A stretch of 59,023 nucleotides of DNA, counting the filler, from Dugesia japonica (taxonomy: Eukaryota), in NCBI GenBank assembly GCA_001938525.1. It is 5 parts of 5 records of this genome, joined end to end, with 100 filler letters (N's around TTAATTAATTAA, not from the genome) between each part and the next. Parts side by side here need not be neighbours in the genome. Positions count along the whole stretch, not along the records: positions 23,134 to 31,922 come from MQRL01585169.1; positions 32,023 to 50,355 come from MQRL01585152.1; 3 more parts are not named here. One strand, given 5' to 3'. Both the position numbers and the translations under genes were made by a program. Position 1 is the first letter of the stretch; every line of letters begins with the position of its first letter. The notes beneath the pieces were generated by a model, which worked only from the letters and a program-made list of their open reading frames with translations, was not told the origin of the DNA and searched no databases. Shown in pieces: positions 24,381-38,059 of this stretch.

Positions 24381-24964
24381 TTCAAATTAATATAAATACT
24401 ACAATTGTTACAGATTTTCTTTTTGATTTATTTTTGTCTAAGATATGAATCATGAGAATAAATTTTCACCTTCCATTTTGTAAATTAAAACAATTGTGAA
24501 TAATATTGTTGTATTATTAGTTCTTTCTAAGCTGAAATGAAATAGATTTCATTTTTTTAATTATTATTATTTTATCTTAATTGGGCGTATTTTTACATTG
24601 TGTTTTGGTTTTGTGTTTTAACGATGGAAATTCTTTCTATATTTTACATATTGTGAATTTTATTTCATCATAAAATTACAGAAAATTTCTCTTAATAGTA
24701 CTAGTTTGTGATTTTACTAACACGTTTTTACCTTACTCGAGAAAACGTAGCACTGATTTCTAATTTATATCAGTAATATTCAAATAAAACAATTTGTAGT
24801 TGATGATAGAAATTTGTGGATTTTTATTGAAATTGGAAAATAATATGAAGTATGTACATTTTTAACATTAAATTAGATAAAACTAATTTGATTTTAATTT
24901 TATTTAAACTTTTTATTTTACTTCTTGATAGGATCCCTCTGAATAACAAATAGTTTAATAATGC

Positions 24965-27900
24965 TGTGAGTATGTTTTGAAAAGCGTGTTGAAATTTTTG
25001 TGATTTGATTGGAAACTGTTTCTTTTAAAATCTTTTTAAAAAATTTAAAATCACAAATTAATTAAGAAGTTAAAATAATTATTTTGAATGGAAGTTTGAT
25101 CTAAAATTTTGCATTTGTTATTGAAATGATTTTTTTAAAAAATCTTCAAATTAGTTTTGAATGAAATCTGAAATTTTAAATCTATTAAAAAATAGTTTTC
25201 AATTAGAGCANNNNNNNNNNNNNNNNNNNNNNNNNNNNNNNNNNNNNNNNNNNNNNNNNNATGTTTTGAAAAGCGTGTTGAAATTTTTGTGATTTGATTG
25301 GAAACTGTTTCTTTTAAAATCTTTTTAAAAAATTTAAAATCACAAATTAATTAAGAAGTTAAAATAATTATTTTGAATGGAAGTTTGATCTAAAATTTTG
25401 CATTTGTTATTGAAATNNNNNNNNNNAAAAATCTTCAAATTAGTTTTGAATGAAATCTGAAATTTTAAATCTATTAAAAAATAGTTTTCAATTAGAGCAT
25501 GAAGTTTTAATTTGTTTGAATAAACAAATAATTTTATTATATTTTTTACAATTGCAATTATTACGAGAATAATTGTTGGTCAATTATATTTTTTGATGGA
25601 AATTAATTTTATTATAGAGTTGAATTTTGATGTTGATGATCCGATGAGTAATCAAAACTCATTTAACATTGTGGCATGGGATCACAGAAAGACTGTTGCC
25701 AAAAATATTTTGCAGAGGCGATGATTTAGAGAAATTTATTAAACGGTGTGAAATATACTTCGAGGTAAAGAACATCGTTATTAAGAAAGATCAAGAGCGC
25801 TTGATAACATGTATGCTTAATGAAGATTCAATGGAAGCATATGCGAAAACATTGAAGAAAACGGACGGATATCGAGAGAGATTGCAATTAACTTTTGAGA
25901 ACAAGAGAGATGTAACAAAGATTTGCAGAATCCTTTAAGCGATCGACGTGGTGATGAACAACTTGAAGTGCTTTTTACAAAAAGTGGAAGATTTGGTTGA
26001 TAAATGTTTAGCAAATGGAGAGCTGACGACAAAAAAACTCTTATCAAAAATGCTAATAATTTATGCAGATAGTAGAAAAGCAGAAGAAAGGGTAATCATG
26101 CGAAAATTGTTAAAAGTAGAAGATTTTAAAAAAGAGAACAAAATATCGAGAGTAACCTAACCACAGTTTTGGGCATGCCAAAGTTATCGGTAGACAAAAG
26201 AAGAGTGTCGAAAAAATTCTCAAGTGAAATGTTAGACTTGCCACAAGAAAGGGCATTTAAGTAGAAATTNTCCAGACAAGAAACCACCAAAATGTTTTGG
26301 GTGTGGTAAGATTGGTCATATCAGAAGGTTGTGCACAGAATTTGTATGCAGTAGATGTAAAAGACCAGATCATAGAGCGGAAGAATGTTATTCAAACATT
26401 AATAAACCAAGAATAGAAGAGAGAAGATACAATTTTTAAAGCGGACAACAAACAAAAGATTGGAGTCGGACCAAACTAATCTATGCCATTATCCTCAGGA
26501 GGCCGAAAAATGGNNNNNNNNNNNNNNNNNNNNNNNNNNNNNNNNNNNNNNNNNNNNNNNNNNNNNNNNNNNNNNNNNNNNNNNNNNNNNNNNNNNNNNN
26601 NNNNNNNCAATTGAAGAGAAGCAGAACGTAGAAATTTCATTTGATAAAATGCAAGGGAGACCTAGGATTTTAGTGATGATCAAGGGTAAACAGTTTGATT
26701 GTTTGTTAGATACAGGAGGAAGAATAATTGTAATGAGAATGAAATAATTTTGTAGATTTGGAGAAGCAATGTTAGAGAAAAGTTAGGAACGGTTACATGG
26801 CGCGAATAACAGCACATTGGAGACAATTGGAAAGATACGTGTTAAAGTTGTAGTTTCAGAGGTGTGTATTTGTAATAGTAGAGAAATTAATAACAGATCT
26901 AATTCATGGAGTGGAATTTCAGAATATATTTGGGTACCATCTTCAAAAACAGTGCAGGGCAAAAACCAATATTCATCAAGAAAAGTTGGTTTGCAACATC
27001 GAGGGAAAATTTGGAAGGCAGATACAGACGGGTGAATGATTGAGACATGTCATTGAGATTCTAGAAATTAACAAAGATCATAGATTGACTGCGATTATTC
27101 AGAATAACCAAGATTATATATGGCGGATAAATGGGACATTGGATGTACACACTTAACGAAGCATCGAATAATCACTAAAGNAGGTCCAATCAACATAAAA
27201 CCGTATCGNCAACCAATGAATCTAGAAGAGAAGATTGAAGAGGTCATGAAGAATCTGTATGATAACGGTATTATCCGGAAGTATAATTCTCAAAGGAATA
27301 CGCCATTAATCTACTTTTGGAAAAAGGAAAAAAAGGATATACAATTATGCGTAGACTTTAGATAGCTCAATGCAATAACGGAAACACAAGCTTTTCCCAT
27401 GCCAAATGTGGACGAAATGGTAGATGCTTTGGAAGGTGCACAGTATTTTAGCTCAATAATCTTGGGAAATGCATAATATCAAGTAGAATTTAGGGAAGAT
27501 TCTCAAGAGAAGACAGATTTTTTGATCAAACAAGAGCAATTTTGTTTCAACAGAATGCCTTTTGGAATTGCAGAAGCACCAAGTACGTTCCAGGAAATGA
27601 TGAATAAAGTGATCGAGAAAATAAAAGGAGCGGTTGTTTATTTAGACGATATTCTCATATTTACCGAAACAAAGGAGCAACACTATCACATAGTCAATAA
27701 AATATTGACATAAATTAATAATGCTGGTTTAAGAGTTAATCCGGAAAAATGTCAATTCATGCAAAAAGAGATCAACTTTTTGCAACAGGTTATCAGTAAA
27801 GAAGGTGTCTAATCAGATTTAACTAAAATAGAAATAATTAAGAACTTCGGTAAACAAAATACGTTAAGAATATGAGAAGCGTTTTGGGAATTTGCAATTA

Positions 27901-29902
27901 TTATCGCAAGTTTATTAAAGATTATTCGAAAAAAGATAGATTGCTGAAACAGCACAACTGTGTAGTGCGCCGAGTAACAAGAAAATTGAATGGGCGAATG
28001 AATTAGAAGAAGTTTTTAATGGAATGACAGAAGCACTAATAATGTCTCCAATATTATGTTTTTCAGATATAAATAGAGGATTTATTTTGGTCACGGATGC
28101 AAGTTTCGACACAATTGGTGCAGTACTATCTCAAAGGAACAACAATGGGCAAGAAAGAGTAATTGCATATGGGTCACATGCAATGACGAGTCATGAGAAA
28201 GGATATTGTACTACACGGAAAGAATCACTCGCAATCTATTACTTTTGTATTCATTTCCAACATTATTTATATGGGAAGAGATTTATCATCAGAACAGACC
28301 ATAAAGCTATCACTAAATACCAAGAGACCAATCATATCACAGTTTGAAACCAGGATTAATTATTTGAGCAGGTTAGATATAAAATTGGAATATAGAAAAA
28401 GATCGCTTCATACAAATGCGGATATGTTGTCAAGGAGTAAATGCGATACATGTGCACAATGTATAATGTCACATGAAGATCCCAAAAGTGGAAAATTAAA
28501 AACAAGGATGTTAAATACAGTAGATATTTAAGGAGAACAATGAGCTTTTGGAGAAAATGACGAAGGAATATGGATACCTGATGATAAGGTAGAAGAGGTT
28601 ATAAGGAGGATACACCATATTTTGTGTCATGCTGGAGCAGAAAAGATAGCAGCATATATGAAGCATAAATATAACGTGAAACATTTGTGGAGCAAAGTAC
28701 AAGAGGTTGTCCAAAGCTGTATAACACGCCAGAAAGTAATGTTTGAACTGTTACTTATATATGTGTGTAGACCACTGCCGGAGACAAGAGATCGGAAAAA
28801 ATATGTTCTCGGTATAATAGATCAATGCAGTAAGTATTTAGCCTTGAAATCAATGATCAGACAAGATGAAGATACCATAAGGTAAACAATAATGAAGTGG
28901 ATAATAAAGTGGATATTAAAGTTCGGGTATTCGAGAGAAGTTCGAATTGATTGTGGAAGAGGATTTGAGTCTAAATCAGTGAAAGATTTCGCAGCTGAAC
29001 TTGGAATTAAATTCCAGTTTTTTGTTCATATCATCATAACACAAATGGAAAAATCGAGAGACAGTGTAGAACCATGTGAGCTATGATAAATGCGACAATT
29101 AAAGAAAGAAAAATCTCAGATTGGGCTGATCTATTACCGGAGATAGAATTTACCTAGAATGCTACAAAACAGGAAACCATCGCGGAAAAGCCCAGCTGAA
29201 ATCGTATTTGGGAAAAGAATAAAAAGAGAAATATGGTACGAAACAGATTCTCAAAGTGATCACAAAGGACATGATAAAGATATATTGATTAAAAGAAAAT
29301 TCAAGATTAATAATGAGGTCTTAGGGAAAGTTGAAACAAGAACCAAGATCGTTTTGAAGGACCCTATAAGATTAAAGGAAAGGTTCACGACACACGATAT
29401 ATCCTTGAAGATACAAACGAAAAGTTTCGAAAGAAACGTAGAGAAGATCAAAAATTTTCTTAAAAGTGGGGATGAGAGTATGCTTTGAAAAGCGAGTTGA
29501 AATTCTTGTGCTTTGATTGGAAACTGTTTCTTTTAAAATCTTTTTAAAAAATTAAAAATTAAAAATTAATTAAGAAGTTAAAATAATTATTTTGATTGGA
29601 AATCTGGTCTAAAATTTTGCAATTTTTCTTGAAATTATTTTTTAAAAAATCTTTGAAGTGTTTGAATGAAAGCTAAAATTTTGCAATTGCTATTGAAATT
29701 ATTTTTTTAAAAAGTCTTCATATTAGTTTTGAATGAAATCTGAAATTTTAAATCAATTAAAAAATAGTTTTCAATTAGAGCATGAAGTTTTAATTTGATT
29801 GAATAAACAAATAATTATATTATAGTTTTTTGTTGGAAATAAATTTTACTATGGAGTTGAATTTTGATGTTAATGATCCGATGAGTGAAAACTCATCTAA
29901 CA
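24965..29902 (+). mobile_element. Near full-length, pseudogenised Ty3/Gypsy element; LTRs 24965-25668 and 29473-29902
   Basis: TG...CA LTR pair, degenerate PBS TTGTGGCA-TGGGAT, gag, CLLDTG protease, VYLDDI RT, TDAS/RTDHKA RNase H, integrase, PPT AAAAGTGGGGA. Same family as 15345-19277. Confidence 0.96.
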
Positions 29903-29920
29903 AAAGTAATTTTTTATTTC

Positions 29921-30155
29921 ATTAAATTAAAAGCTTCTATTAAAATGTTGTTCTATTTCTTTTTTTTGGTAGTTATCCGAATTTTTTACTATTGTGTTCT
30001 TCAGAAATTCCCGAATAAAACAATAGTAAAAAATTCGGATAACTACCAAAAAATGAAACAAAGCAACATTTTGATCGAAGCTTTTAATTTATTTAAATCT
30101 CAAATGCGATCAATGGTTACGTTCAACAATTATTTTCACAATGATTGTAATTGTA
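29921..30155. mobile_element. Short inverted PLE-end insertion next to the 3' LTR
   Basis: Palindromic arms containing TTTTGATCGAAGCTTTT, tail CAACAATTATTTTCACAATGATTGTAATT, decayed CTGAAGA core, approximate flanking duplication AAAAGTAA(T/C)TTTT. Confidence 0.65.
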
Positions 30156-31035
30156 AAAAGTAACTTTTGTTCGTTTATTGAAATCATTTTGACAGTTGAA
30201 AAAATGCAAAATGTACATCTCTAATCCTTAAAGCACTGAGTAGTATTTAAAAAAATTGGTTATAGTATTTATTAATAAGAAAATATATATTAAACCGTAA
30301 TCTATACATAATTCTTAACATTAACTTAAATATAATTAATGCTATTTGGATATTTATTTAAAAATCTCATTAATGTAACTGTTAAAATTTGGGCGTGCAT
30401 AACCCTCAGAACAAGACTCATGCATGTAAGTTGACATTTATTATAATTATTTAACAATAAAAATTAAAATAAAATTTATAACTAAATATACTAAATTAAA
30501 TAACTCTTTACTCCATTCTTTAAATCATTCGAATTCATTTTAAGAGCACAAATAATATTTCAAAAAAAATATTGTACAAATGTAAAAACCAATTTTATTA
30601 TTAGTATTTTAAATAAAAGATTATTTATTTTAAATATCAATAGAAAGGAAGTGTAAATATTATACATAAACAAAGAATTTCTGCCGAGAACTATAGAACT
30701 AAAACTATACAGATTAAATTTACCATGTATATATGTTCGCTTATTCAGTGAACACATAAAACTTGTGTTTATATAAATTATATTAGCTAATAAAACAAAT
30801 TAGAAAATAACAGAATATGGATATACCCGTAGTTGATAAAGATTTGGAAACATATCAATCGGATTTTATGTGCAGAATACAAAATAATAAAATTTGAAGC
30901 ATCTAAACAACTTAAATTTGAAAATATTAGTTTTTTCAAAACTCACTTATAAATCGTAAAATGCTAAGTAAATTTATTGTTTTGTAAATATAATGCAACA
31001 TAGAATGAAATGTTATTTTTTTTAAGTTATTAATT

Positions 31036-31270
31036 ACTAACCATGCCCGGCCACGCGTTGCTATGGCTCTGTTTGGTTGAATAAAACAGAAAAGAAAAGA
31101 GAATGAATACTTTCTAATATATTTCATTTTACAATGCTTGTGGATATACAATATTTGTTGTTCCATTTTTTGTGTAGATATTAAGATTGCTTGGTTTGCT
31201 GAATCTTGACAACGCAATATACAATTATTTATGTGAGAAGCAATCCGTCAACATGTCAAGGCTATTGGTG
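31036..31270 (-). mobile_element. Helitron helicase C-terminus and 3' end
   Basis: DCFSH...LYIALSRFSKPSNLNIYTKNGTTNIVYPQAL* (Helitron CFSHGQLYVACSRV...TKNIVY), then GC-rich GCAACGCGTGGCCGGGC and (T)TAGT terminus. Confidence 0.85.
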
Positions 31271-31329
31271 AAAATTTTATTCGTAGTTTTTCGATTTTGA
31301 ACAAACAAACATTTACATTTTTACTTGCA

Positions 31330-31569
31330 ACGGAAAAGGTTTCAAAATGTGGAAAATTGAAGAATTGGTATCACTGAATTTTTTGCATCAAAGCCTAAAA
31401 ATTGGTGCATGAATGGTATCAAAGAATTAAGGGGAAGATAGTTAAAGACAATTCAACAGAACGGGTTATAGTTTGAAGACTGATTCATGTTATAAATGTT
31501 ATAATAAATATTTGTTTTTTATAAATATGATTTCATATTGTAGTGACCAGGAACTTTTGGGACACCCTA
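31330..31569 (+). mobile_element. Mariner C-terminal relic with 3' TIR
   Basis: FFASKPKNWCMNGIKELRGR*LKTIQQNGL*FE, ending CTTTTGGGACACCCTA. Confidence 0.7.
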
Positions 31570-31922
31570 ATATTTATATAGATGAGGAAAAAAAGTTAAA
31601 TTTAAATTAAAACTAAAACAAGTCTAAAGATTTTGTAAATCAGAGTAATTTTTCATACATTTTTCAAAAATAAACTTTTTAAAATATATTTTTAATTTGC
31701 AAGTTAAGACAATTCCTCAAAAAAACTATACAATGCATTTACATTAATTTTTTATTTTAATTATGAAAACCTTTTAACTACCCAGTGTTACACTTTTTAT
31801 AGCATAAAATATTCAAATATTAATATTAACAAATTACTCCAAAATTAGTTTTTTTTCGATTGAAAATGCTCTTAAGAATAATTTAAATATAAAGGTTGTT
31901 TCTCAATCTCATAAAGTTATAA

Positions 31923-32022
31923 NNNNNNNNNNNNNNNNNNNNNNNNNNNNNNNNNNNNNNNNNNNNTTAATTAATTAANNNNNNNNNNNNNNNNNNNNNN
32001 NNNNNNNNNNNNNNNNNNNNNN
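31923..32022. other. Artificial 100-nt scaffold spacer
   Basis: N44-TTAATTAATTAA-N44. Confidence 0.95.
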
Positions 32023-32439
32023 ATAATAATAATAATAATAATGATAATGGTTGTAATTATCCTTGTTTGACTGGGGCAGACTTACCTAGCGCATTTAGTA
32101 GCGTTTTTATATCATTTTGTATGGTTTTATAAGATTTCATTGGGTTTTCATATGGTTTCGTAGAATTCTTTCTAAAGTCTTATAGAGTTTTCTAAGTTTT
32201 TATGAAATGTCATGTGTTTTACATGGTTTTCTAGTGTTTTATATGATTTCATTGATAAAATGATTCGTTGATAAACATTTTAAGGTTTGCATGATTTCTG
32301 CAGGGAGAAAGTGGACTTGGCCATGAAGGAAAATTAGTTCAAGAAAATACACACCAACTTTATCAAATTAATGAGCTTGAAACAGATTTTATGAAAAAAT
32401 TTATCTGTTTTTACAAATTTTAATTCTTTTATTACTATT

Positions 32440-32780
32440 AAACCAGAACTTTACCAAAATGAGATTATGCTCACCGTTTGAATGATTATTCGTTGATTTT
32501 TTGACTTTTAGGAAAACAATTACAAAAGATTAGAACTATCAGCAAATCGATAAGATTCACCAAAAAATGTCAAAAACTTCGATCGGTATTGGTCAACAGA
32601 GTAGGTTTTATTATTCTTAATGATATTGTCAAAACCGCACGATGCACAAATGACGATAAGAAATTTGAATGCGTTGGAATAGGAAATTATGAAGAATCGA
32701 CCATACTATTCGGATCTCTCACCTACCTATAATTATTTTTTAAAACATCTTAAACTCTTCCTACAAAGTAAATCTTTTAG
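32440..32780 (+). mobile_element. Mariner transposase relic
   Basis: KPELYQNEIMLTV and LVNRVGFIILNDIVKPHDAQMT...PYYSDLSPT (degenerate HDNARPH and YSPDL motifs). Confidence 0.7.
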
Positions 32781-33670
32781 CAACCCATGTAATGCTAATG
32801 TATTTTTTTTCAGTTGGCAATCGGTGTTATTTCAATTAATGAACATTATTTGGATATGACTTATTCGAGTTTTACAATAAAGGTAAAAAACGACAACNNN
32901 NNNNNNNNNNNNNNNNNNNNNNNNNNNNNNNNNNNNNNNNNNNNNNNNNNNNNNNNNNNNNNNNNNATCTCTTCGATATACATACATATAGATACAGATA
33001 TTATGTAGATAAATGGATAAATATTTGTTTCTTAATGAAATATATATAAATTAATTAGAACGTTTTAATAATGAATTAAGATTTTATTTTTAATTTTTTC
33101 TCAACCACTCATTGTTATCATTTATTTCGTTGATTATTCTTCTAAATACTTATCGGAAAAAAAGTTTATCGGACTAATAATCACAACAGATTTATTTAAT
33201 TTGATTAAATCATGAGACAATCAATTTGTTTCAAGTTTGAGATTAGCTATAATTAATTTTTAATAAAAAATCTCATCAAAGAAAACAAAATTAAAAAAAT
33301 AATTAATTCATTGCGATAAAAATTGAGATTTTTACTAAGATTTATCATAAATAAAGATTAAATCAATTTCATGAAATTTCAAAAAAATATTACTGAATTA
33401 AGTATTTTGTTTATATATTAAATTTAATAAGTGTATTATCTATTTATATTTTTAGCGAACACATTACTGATTTTGTTCAAATTAAACTATATAAAATAAA
33501 CATAGTTTTATTTTTTAAAAATAAACATGTCATTTAAAAAAATTTATTTATTTTCACAAATTTTTATTCTATGAATATGATTAATTATATTAAAAATTAT
33601 GATTTTGTGTTTTCAATTATGTTTTATAATGTAGTAATAATATTAATGTTATTAAAAAACTGAAATGTAC

Positions 33671-34010
33671 AATATAATATAATAATATAACATAATATAA
33701 TATAATATAATATAATATAATATAATATAATATAATATAACATAATATAATATAANNNNNNNNNNNNNNNNNNNNNNNNNNNNNNNNNNNNNNNNNNNNN
33801 NNNNNNNNNNNNNNNNNNNNNNNNNNNNNNNNNNNNNNNNNNNNNNNNNNNNNNNNNNNNNNNNNNNNNNNNNNNNNNNNNNNNNNNNNNNNNNNNNNNN
33901 NNNNNNNNNNNNNNNNNNNNNNNNNNNNNNNNNNNNTATAATATAATATAATATAATATAATATAATATAATATAATATAATATAATATAATACAATAAA
34001 ATATAATATA
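33671..34010. repeat. (TATAA)n microsatellite spanning a gap
   Basis: Pentanucleotide run on both sides of the Ns. Confidence 0.95.
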
Positions 34011-34097
34011 TAATTATAATGATACATTAAAACAATTGTACAGAAATATTAAATAAAAATCATTATTTTCATTTGAAAAGGTTAGTATTAATTTTAC

Positions 34098-34264
34098 CTC
34101 AAAAATTTGTACCGCACTTCCATCTTTAAGGGAATCTTCCAAAGATTTTATTACTGAACGAATGTCATCAACAAAATTTTTTCGTGGAAGGGGAGGGAGA
34201 GAGTCTTCATCTTCGGAATAACCGGTGTTATTAGATGAGACCAATTCATCAACATTGAGGTATA
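34098..34264 (-). CDS. Host exon of a PTPN3/PTPN4-like phosphatase (PDZ-to-PTP linker)
   Basis: AG/GT bounded. YLNVDELVSSNN...DIRSVIKSLEDSLKDGSAVQIFE resembles PTPN3 [22 protein letters not shown]. Phase matches exon 39867-39939. Confidence 0.65.
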
Positions 34265-36199
34265 CTAAATGGAATATTTTAAATTCTTTTTAATAGATTA
34301 TACTACCAAATAATTAATCACAACTGACCTATTCACAAGCCAAATCGATTAACTCTACTTTATTATTTTTATTGTATTTTCGTGTCAAAGCACTTGATAT
34401 ACTCCTAACTTTTTATTTTCATAATACGTTTCCGTAACAATAAAGATTAAGACCAATTATTGAAAAAAAATTTACTGGCCATCGAAATAAATACTTATTT
34501 TAGAAGCCAATTTAATTAATCTTATCACTTTTTTCAATCTTCTTATTTATGGAGTTAATTGATTTTGGAAGTAAGTGGTAAAATTATCTGGAGAATGAAA
34601 ATCCAATAAAAAATCATAAATAAAAGTTGAGTAAAACCAAGTTAATGTTAAACTGTATTTTTAATGTATTTATATCTTTGTTAAAATAATTATATTTATT
34701 ATTATTGATGTTATTAATTAAAGATATTAAAATATTTACAATAACAATGGTTTTTGATTCAGGAACTCTTAACTATAAAAAATAAGTTTTCGCATCCTTT
34801 TGGAGTATGAATGAAAATTTCTGTATTTTTAAATTAATTATTAGAGAAACGGTTAATTTATATTTTGCTATTTTCTTAATGACTTATTCTTATAATTGTG
34901 GTAAGGCAAAATATTTTATTAACATTCTTAAATGGAAACAACAACACTACTCGTCGGAGTAGCAAGGTAATAACAACGTATATATATATATATGAATTTA
35001 TTTGTAACGCTCTAGTTATAAATGTTAATATAAATAATTTTAAATAACTTTAATAGTAAAAGTAAAAATTATTTCNNNNNNNNNNNNNNNNNNNNNNNNN
35101 NNNNNNNNNNNNNNNNNNNNNNNNNATATTTTTATACACACGTTTCTCTGTATGTATGAAAGTGAATTCGTGTGTAACACTCGAGTTATAAAGATTAGAT
35201 AACTTATTACAGAGTACTTTCTAATAATAGAGGTAAGAATTTAAAGATTAAATGATCGTTAAATTCATGCAAATTATAATTTATAAAAAAAATCAATGAA
35301 ATTAAACGAATCGAAGATATATGACAAAGTAAAAATGTTTCTCGTAATTTATGAAGAATATTAATTTAGTCAACAGCCACGTAAATTAAGAATAATTGAA
35401 AATTTTGTTAAGGAAAATTTAAAAACCAATAAATAATTTGGTATTTTAGAAATTTAAAGGTTTTTCTTTTTATTTAAAGATAGGGCAAAAAGCGTGAGAA
35501 AAGGTTTTTAAATGTCACTAATTTTTTACAAATGATTGTTTTTATCTAAAACTAAGAAACTTTTCTTAAAACTTCACGGAAAATTTCCAAGTCTTAATAT
35601 ATTATATAATTATTTGGATAACTAAAAGTTTTTTTTGTATAAATAAAAAGTAACTATCGTTATATTAGGAAAATAATTATTACATGGTTTTAATAAAAGG
35701 GGTGTTCAATTATAAATAACAAGTAGGATGTAACTACAAAATGCATCTAACAAAAACGTACAAGTGACCCGTTGTTAATAATATGACTTTTAAAATCTAT
35801 ATTCCACAAGTTTAAATTTCTTTGAGAAATTTAAGTGAAAATAAATGTAAACAATCAGTGTAACTAATTTTTCGATGACATTAAATTAACTATTTCAACT
35901 GCAAGAAGTATATTTTCATTATATACCTCATAACTCATTTAGTTAATATGGTGATAATAAGTCGATGTATCAGTTCATTATATATAATTTTGAATATATA
36001 GAAATGAGATGCGATAATCAATTTGATAAGGAACAACAAATTGACGGATTCAAATTTTATTAATTATAGTTTTTTCAAAAGAATTTAGCTGAAATATTAA
36101 GCAATAATAATAATCCAATGTAGTGTGATTAAAAATTTGAATTTAATTTAAATTTGAATAAAATGATACAATAAAATTTTAAAAAATATAAATAATTAT

Positions 36200-37870
36200 G
36201 TAAAAAAACTCAAAAAATAATGGCAATTTTTTAAAAAAATAATTGAACACCATTTGTTAAAATATTTATTTGCAATCATTTTCGACGGAATAACCGTCAT
36301 CATCAGGCAATTAAAGAATATTAAAACAAACATTTTACAAAGTTTAAATGATTATATAATTTCAATTGTGCAATTTCAATAAAAAATTCAATGAAATAAT
36401 TTTAAGAGCGATGTTGAATCAGTCAATTGAACATTAACTTTAGGATTTAATGCCCTTATAAACAAAGCTTCACACATCACTTTCTCCCAATAATTATTAA
36501 ATTCCCTGCACAGAATTTTTTAACCAGAACTTTTTTAATCAGATTTTCTGCATGTTCTCCGATGCTCAACAATATTACTATTACCACTATTTCGACTATG
36601 CTCTTGAACTCTGGTGCAGAGATGATGGGAAGTCTCTCCAATGTATGTGGAATTACACCCATCACATTTAAATTGATAGACCAAATCAGAGCACAAGCCA
36701 ATGAGATTAAGATACAACCTTTATATTTAAAATATTCTTAAGAGCATTTTTAATCGAAACTTTGAAATTTGAAAGCCCTCGGAATAAGGTAAAGATAAAA
36801 AAATTTTAGGATCTGTTTCTACAACCTCATATACATCAACACGAGACAAGTTACTAGTAAGTTTATTCAAAGTTTCATAAACTAATTTGTCCGTAAACAA
36901 TTTAGAATACCCATAATTATGAAGTAAGTCAATTAAATTTTTTAGACTCTTGTCTGCTTTGATAAAAGTAGATTAGAGAGACCAAGAACGACGAATTAGT
37001 CATTAATCATATTACTTTTATATTTTATGTCACAAAAACTGACAGGATTTGTAAACAAACCGGTATCAGTTTTCTTTCTATATATCTCTGTTTCAAATGA
37101 AGTATTCCTTCTTTCAATAAGCAAATCAAGAAATAGGATAGTTGAATTGATCTCTTCTTTAATCGCAAAGCCTATATTTGGATGCAAATTTTATATACTC
37201 CAAAAACGGATGTATTTGGGAACGATTTTCAAAAACAAGAAAAATGTCATCAACATAACGTTTATAAACTAAAGGTTTAACAGAAGAATAATAATTAATA
37301 ATACTCCATAATTTAGACAAGAAAATAAAAGCTAATGTTGGAGCTAATGTGGATCCAATCGCCACACCATCAATCTGTCTATACCATTCATCATTAAAAA
37401 GATTATTTAACATTTGATGTTGCGAAGGTTAAAAGATCATGAAACGCTATATTATATAAAAAAGATTTATTAAGATTAAAATCACTCCATATTTCACAAC
37501 ACAAATCTATTGTATCTTTAAATGGAACATTATTAAATAAATTTGTGACATCAAATAAGACCATATAACAATCATTACTAGCCAATGGATACTCAGAAAT
37601 AATATATGAAAATTCAAAACTATCTTTGCACTCAAATTCAGATTTATGTAAAGGTTTAATAAGCTCATCCAACATTTTGCAACCTTATATTGAGCTGTTT
37701 TTAGGACGCATAGGAACATCTTTCTTATGAACTTTAGGAAGCCCATAAAGTTTCGCAGGTTGCGAACCTTTAGGACGTAATTTCTCAAATATATCTTTAA
37801 AATTAATGTTCAGTTGACGGATTCAACATCGCTCTTAAAATTATTTTATTGAATTTTTTATTGAGATTGC
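36200..37870 (-). mobile_element. PLE 1 (RT plus GIY-YIG), 5'-truncated, with inverted terminal copy
   Basis: [52 protein letters not shown]. 37805-37871 is an inverted copy of 36369-36435. Confidence 0.93.
36270..36310 (-). ncRNA. Hammerhead ribozyme motif downstream of the PLE 1 ORF
   Basis: ttgc-CTGATGA-T-GACGG-TTATT-CCGTC-GAAA-ATGATT-gcaa; stem III is imperfect. Confidence 0.75.
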
Positions 37871-38059
37871 ANNNNNNNNNNNNNNNNNNNNNNNNNNNNN
37901 NNNNNNNNNNNNNNNNNNNNNNNNNNNNNNNNNNNNNNNNNNNNNNNNNNNNNNNNNNNNNNNNNNNNNNNNNNNNNNNNNNNNNNNNNNNNNNNNNNNN
38001 NNNNNNNNNNNNNNNNNNNNNNNNNNNNNNNNNNNNNNNNNNNNNNNGATGCTAAATTC

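Noticed and set aside
24960-29907. Target-site duplication for the full-length Gypsy element
   Set aside because: Flanks ATGC and AAAG do not match; no TSD is claimed.
33617-34027. YYIIL-repeat ORFs and other N-spanning or microsatellite ORFs (13717-14171, 41622-41804)
   Set aside because: Translations of simple repeats or gaps.
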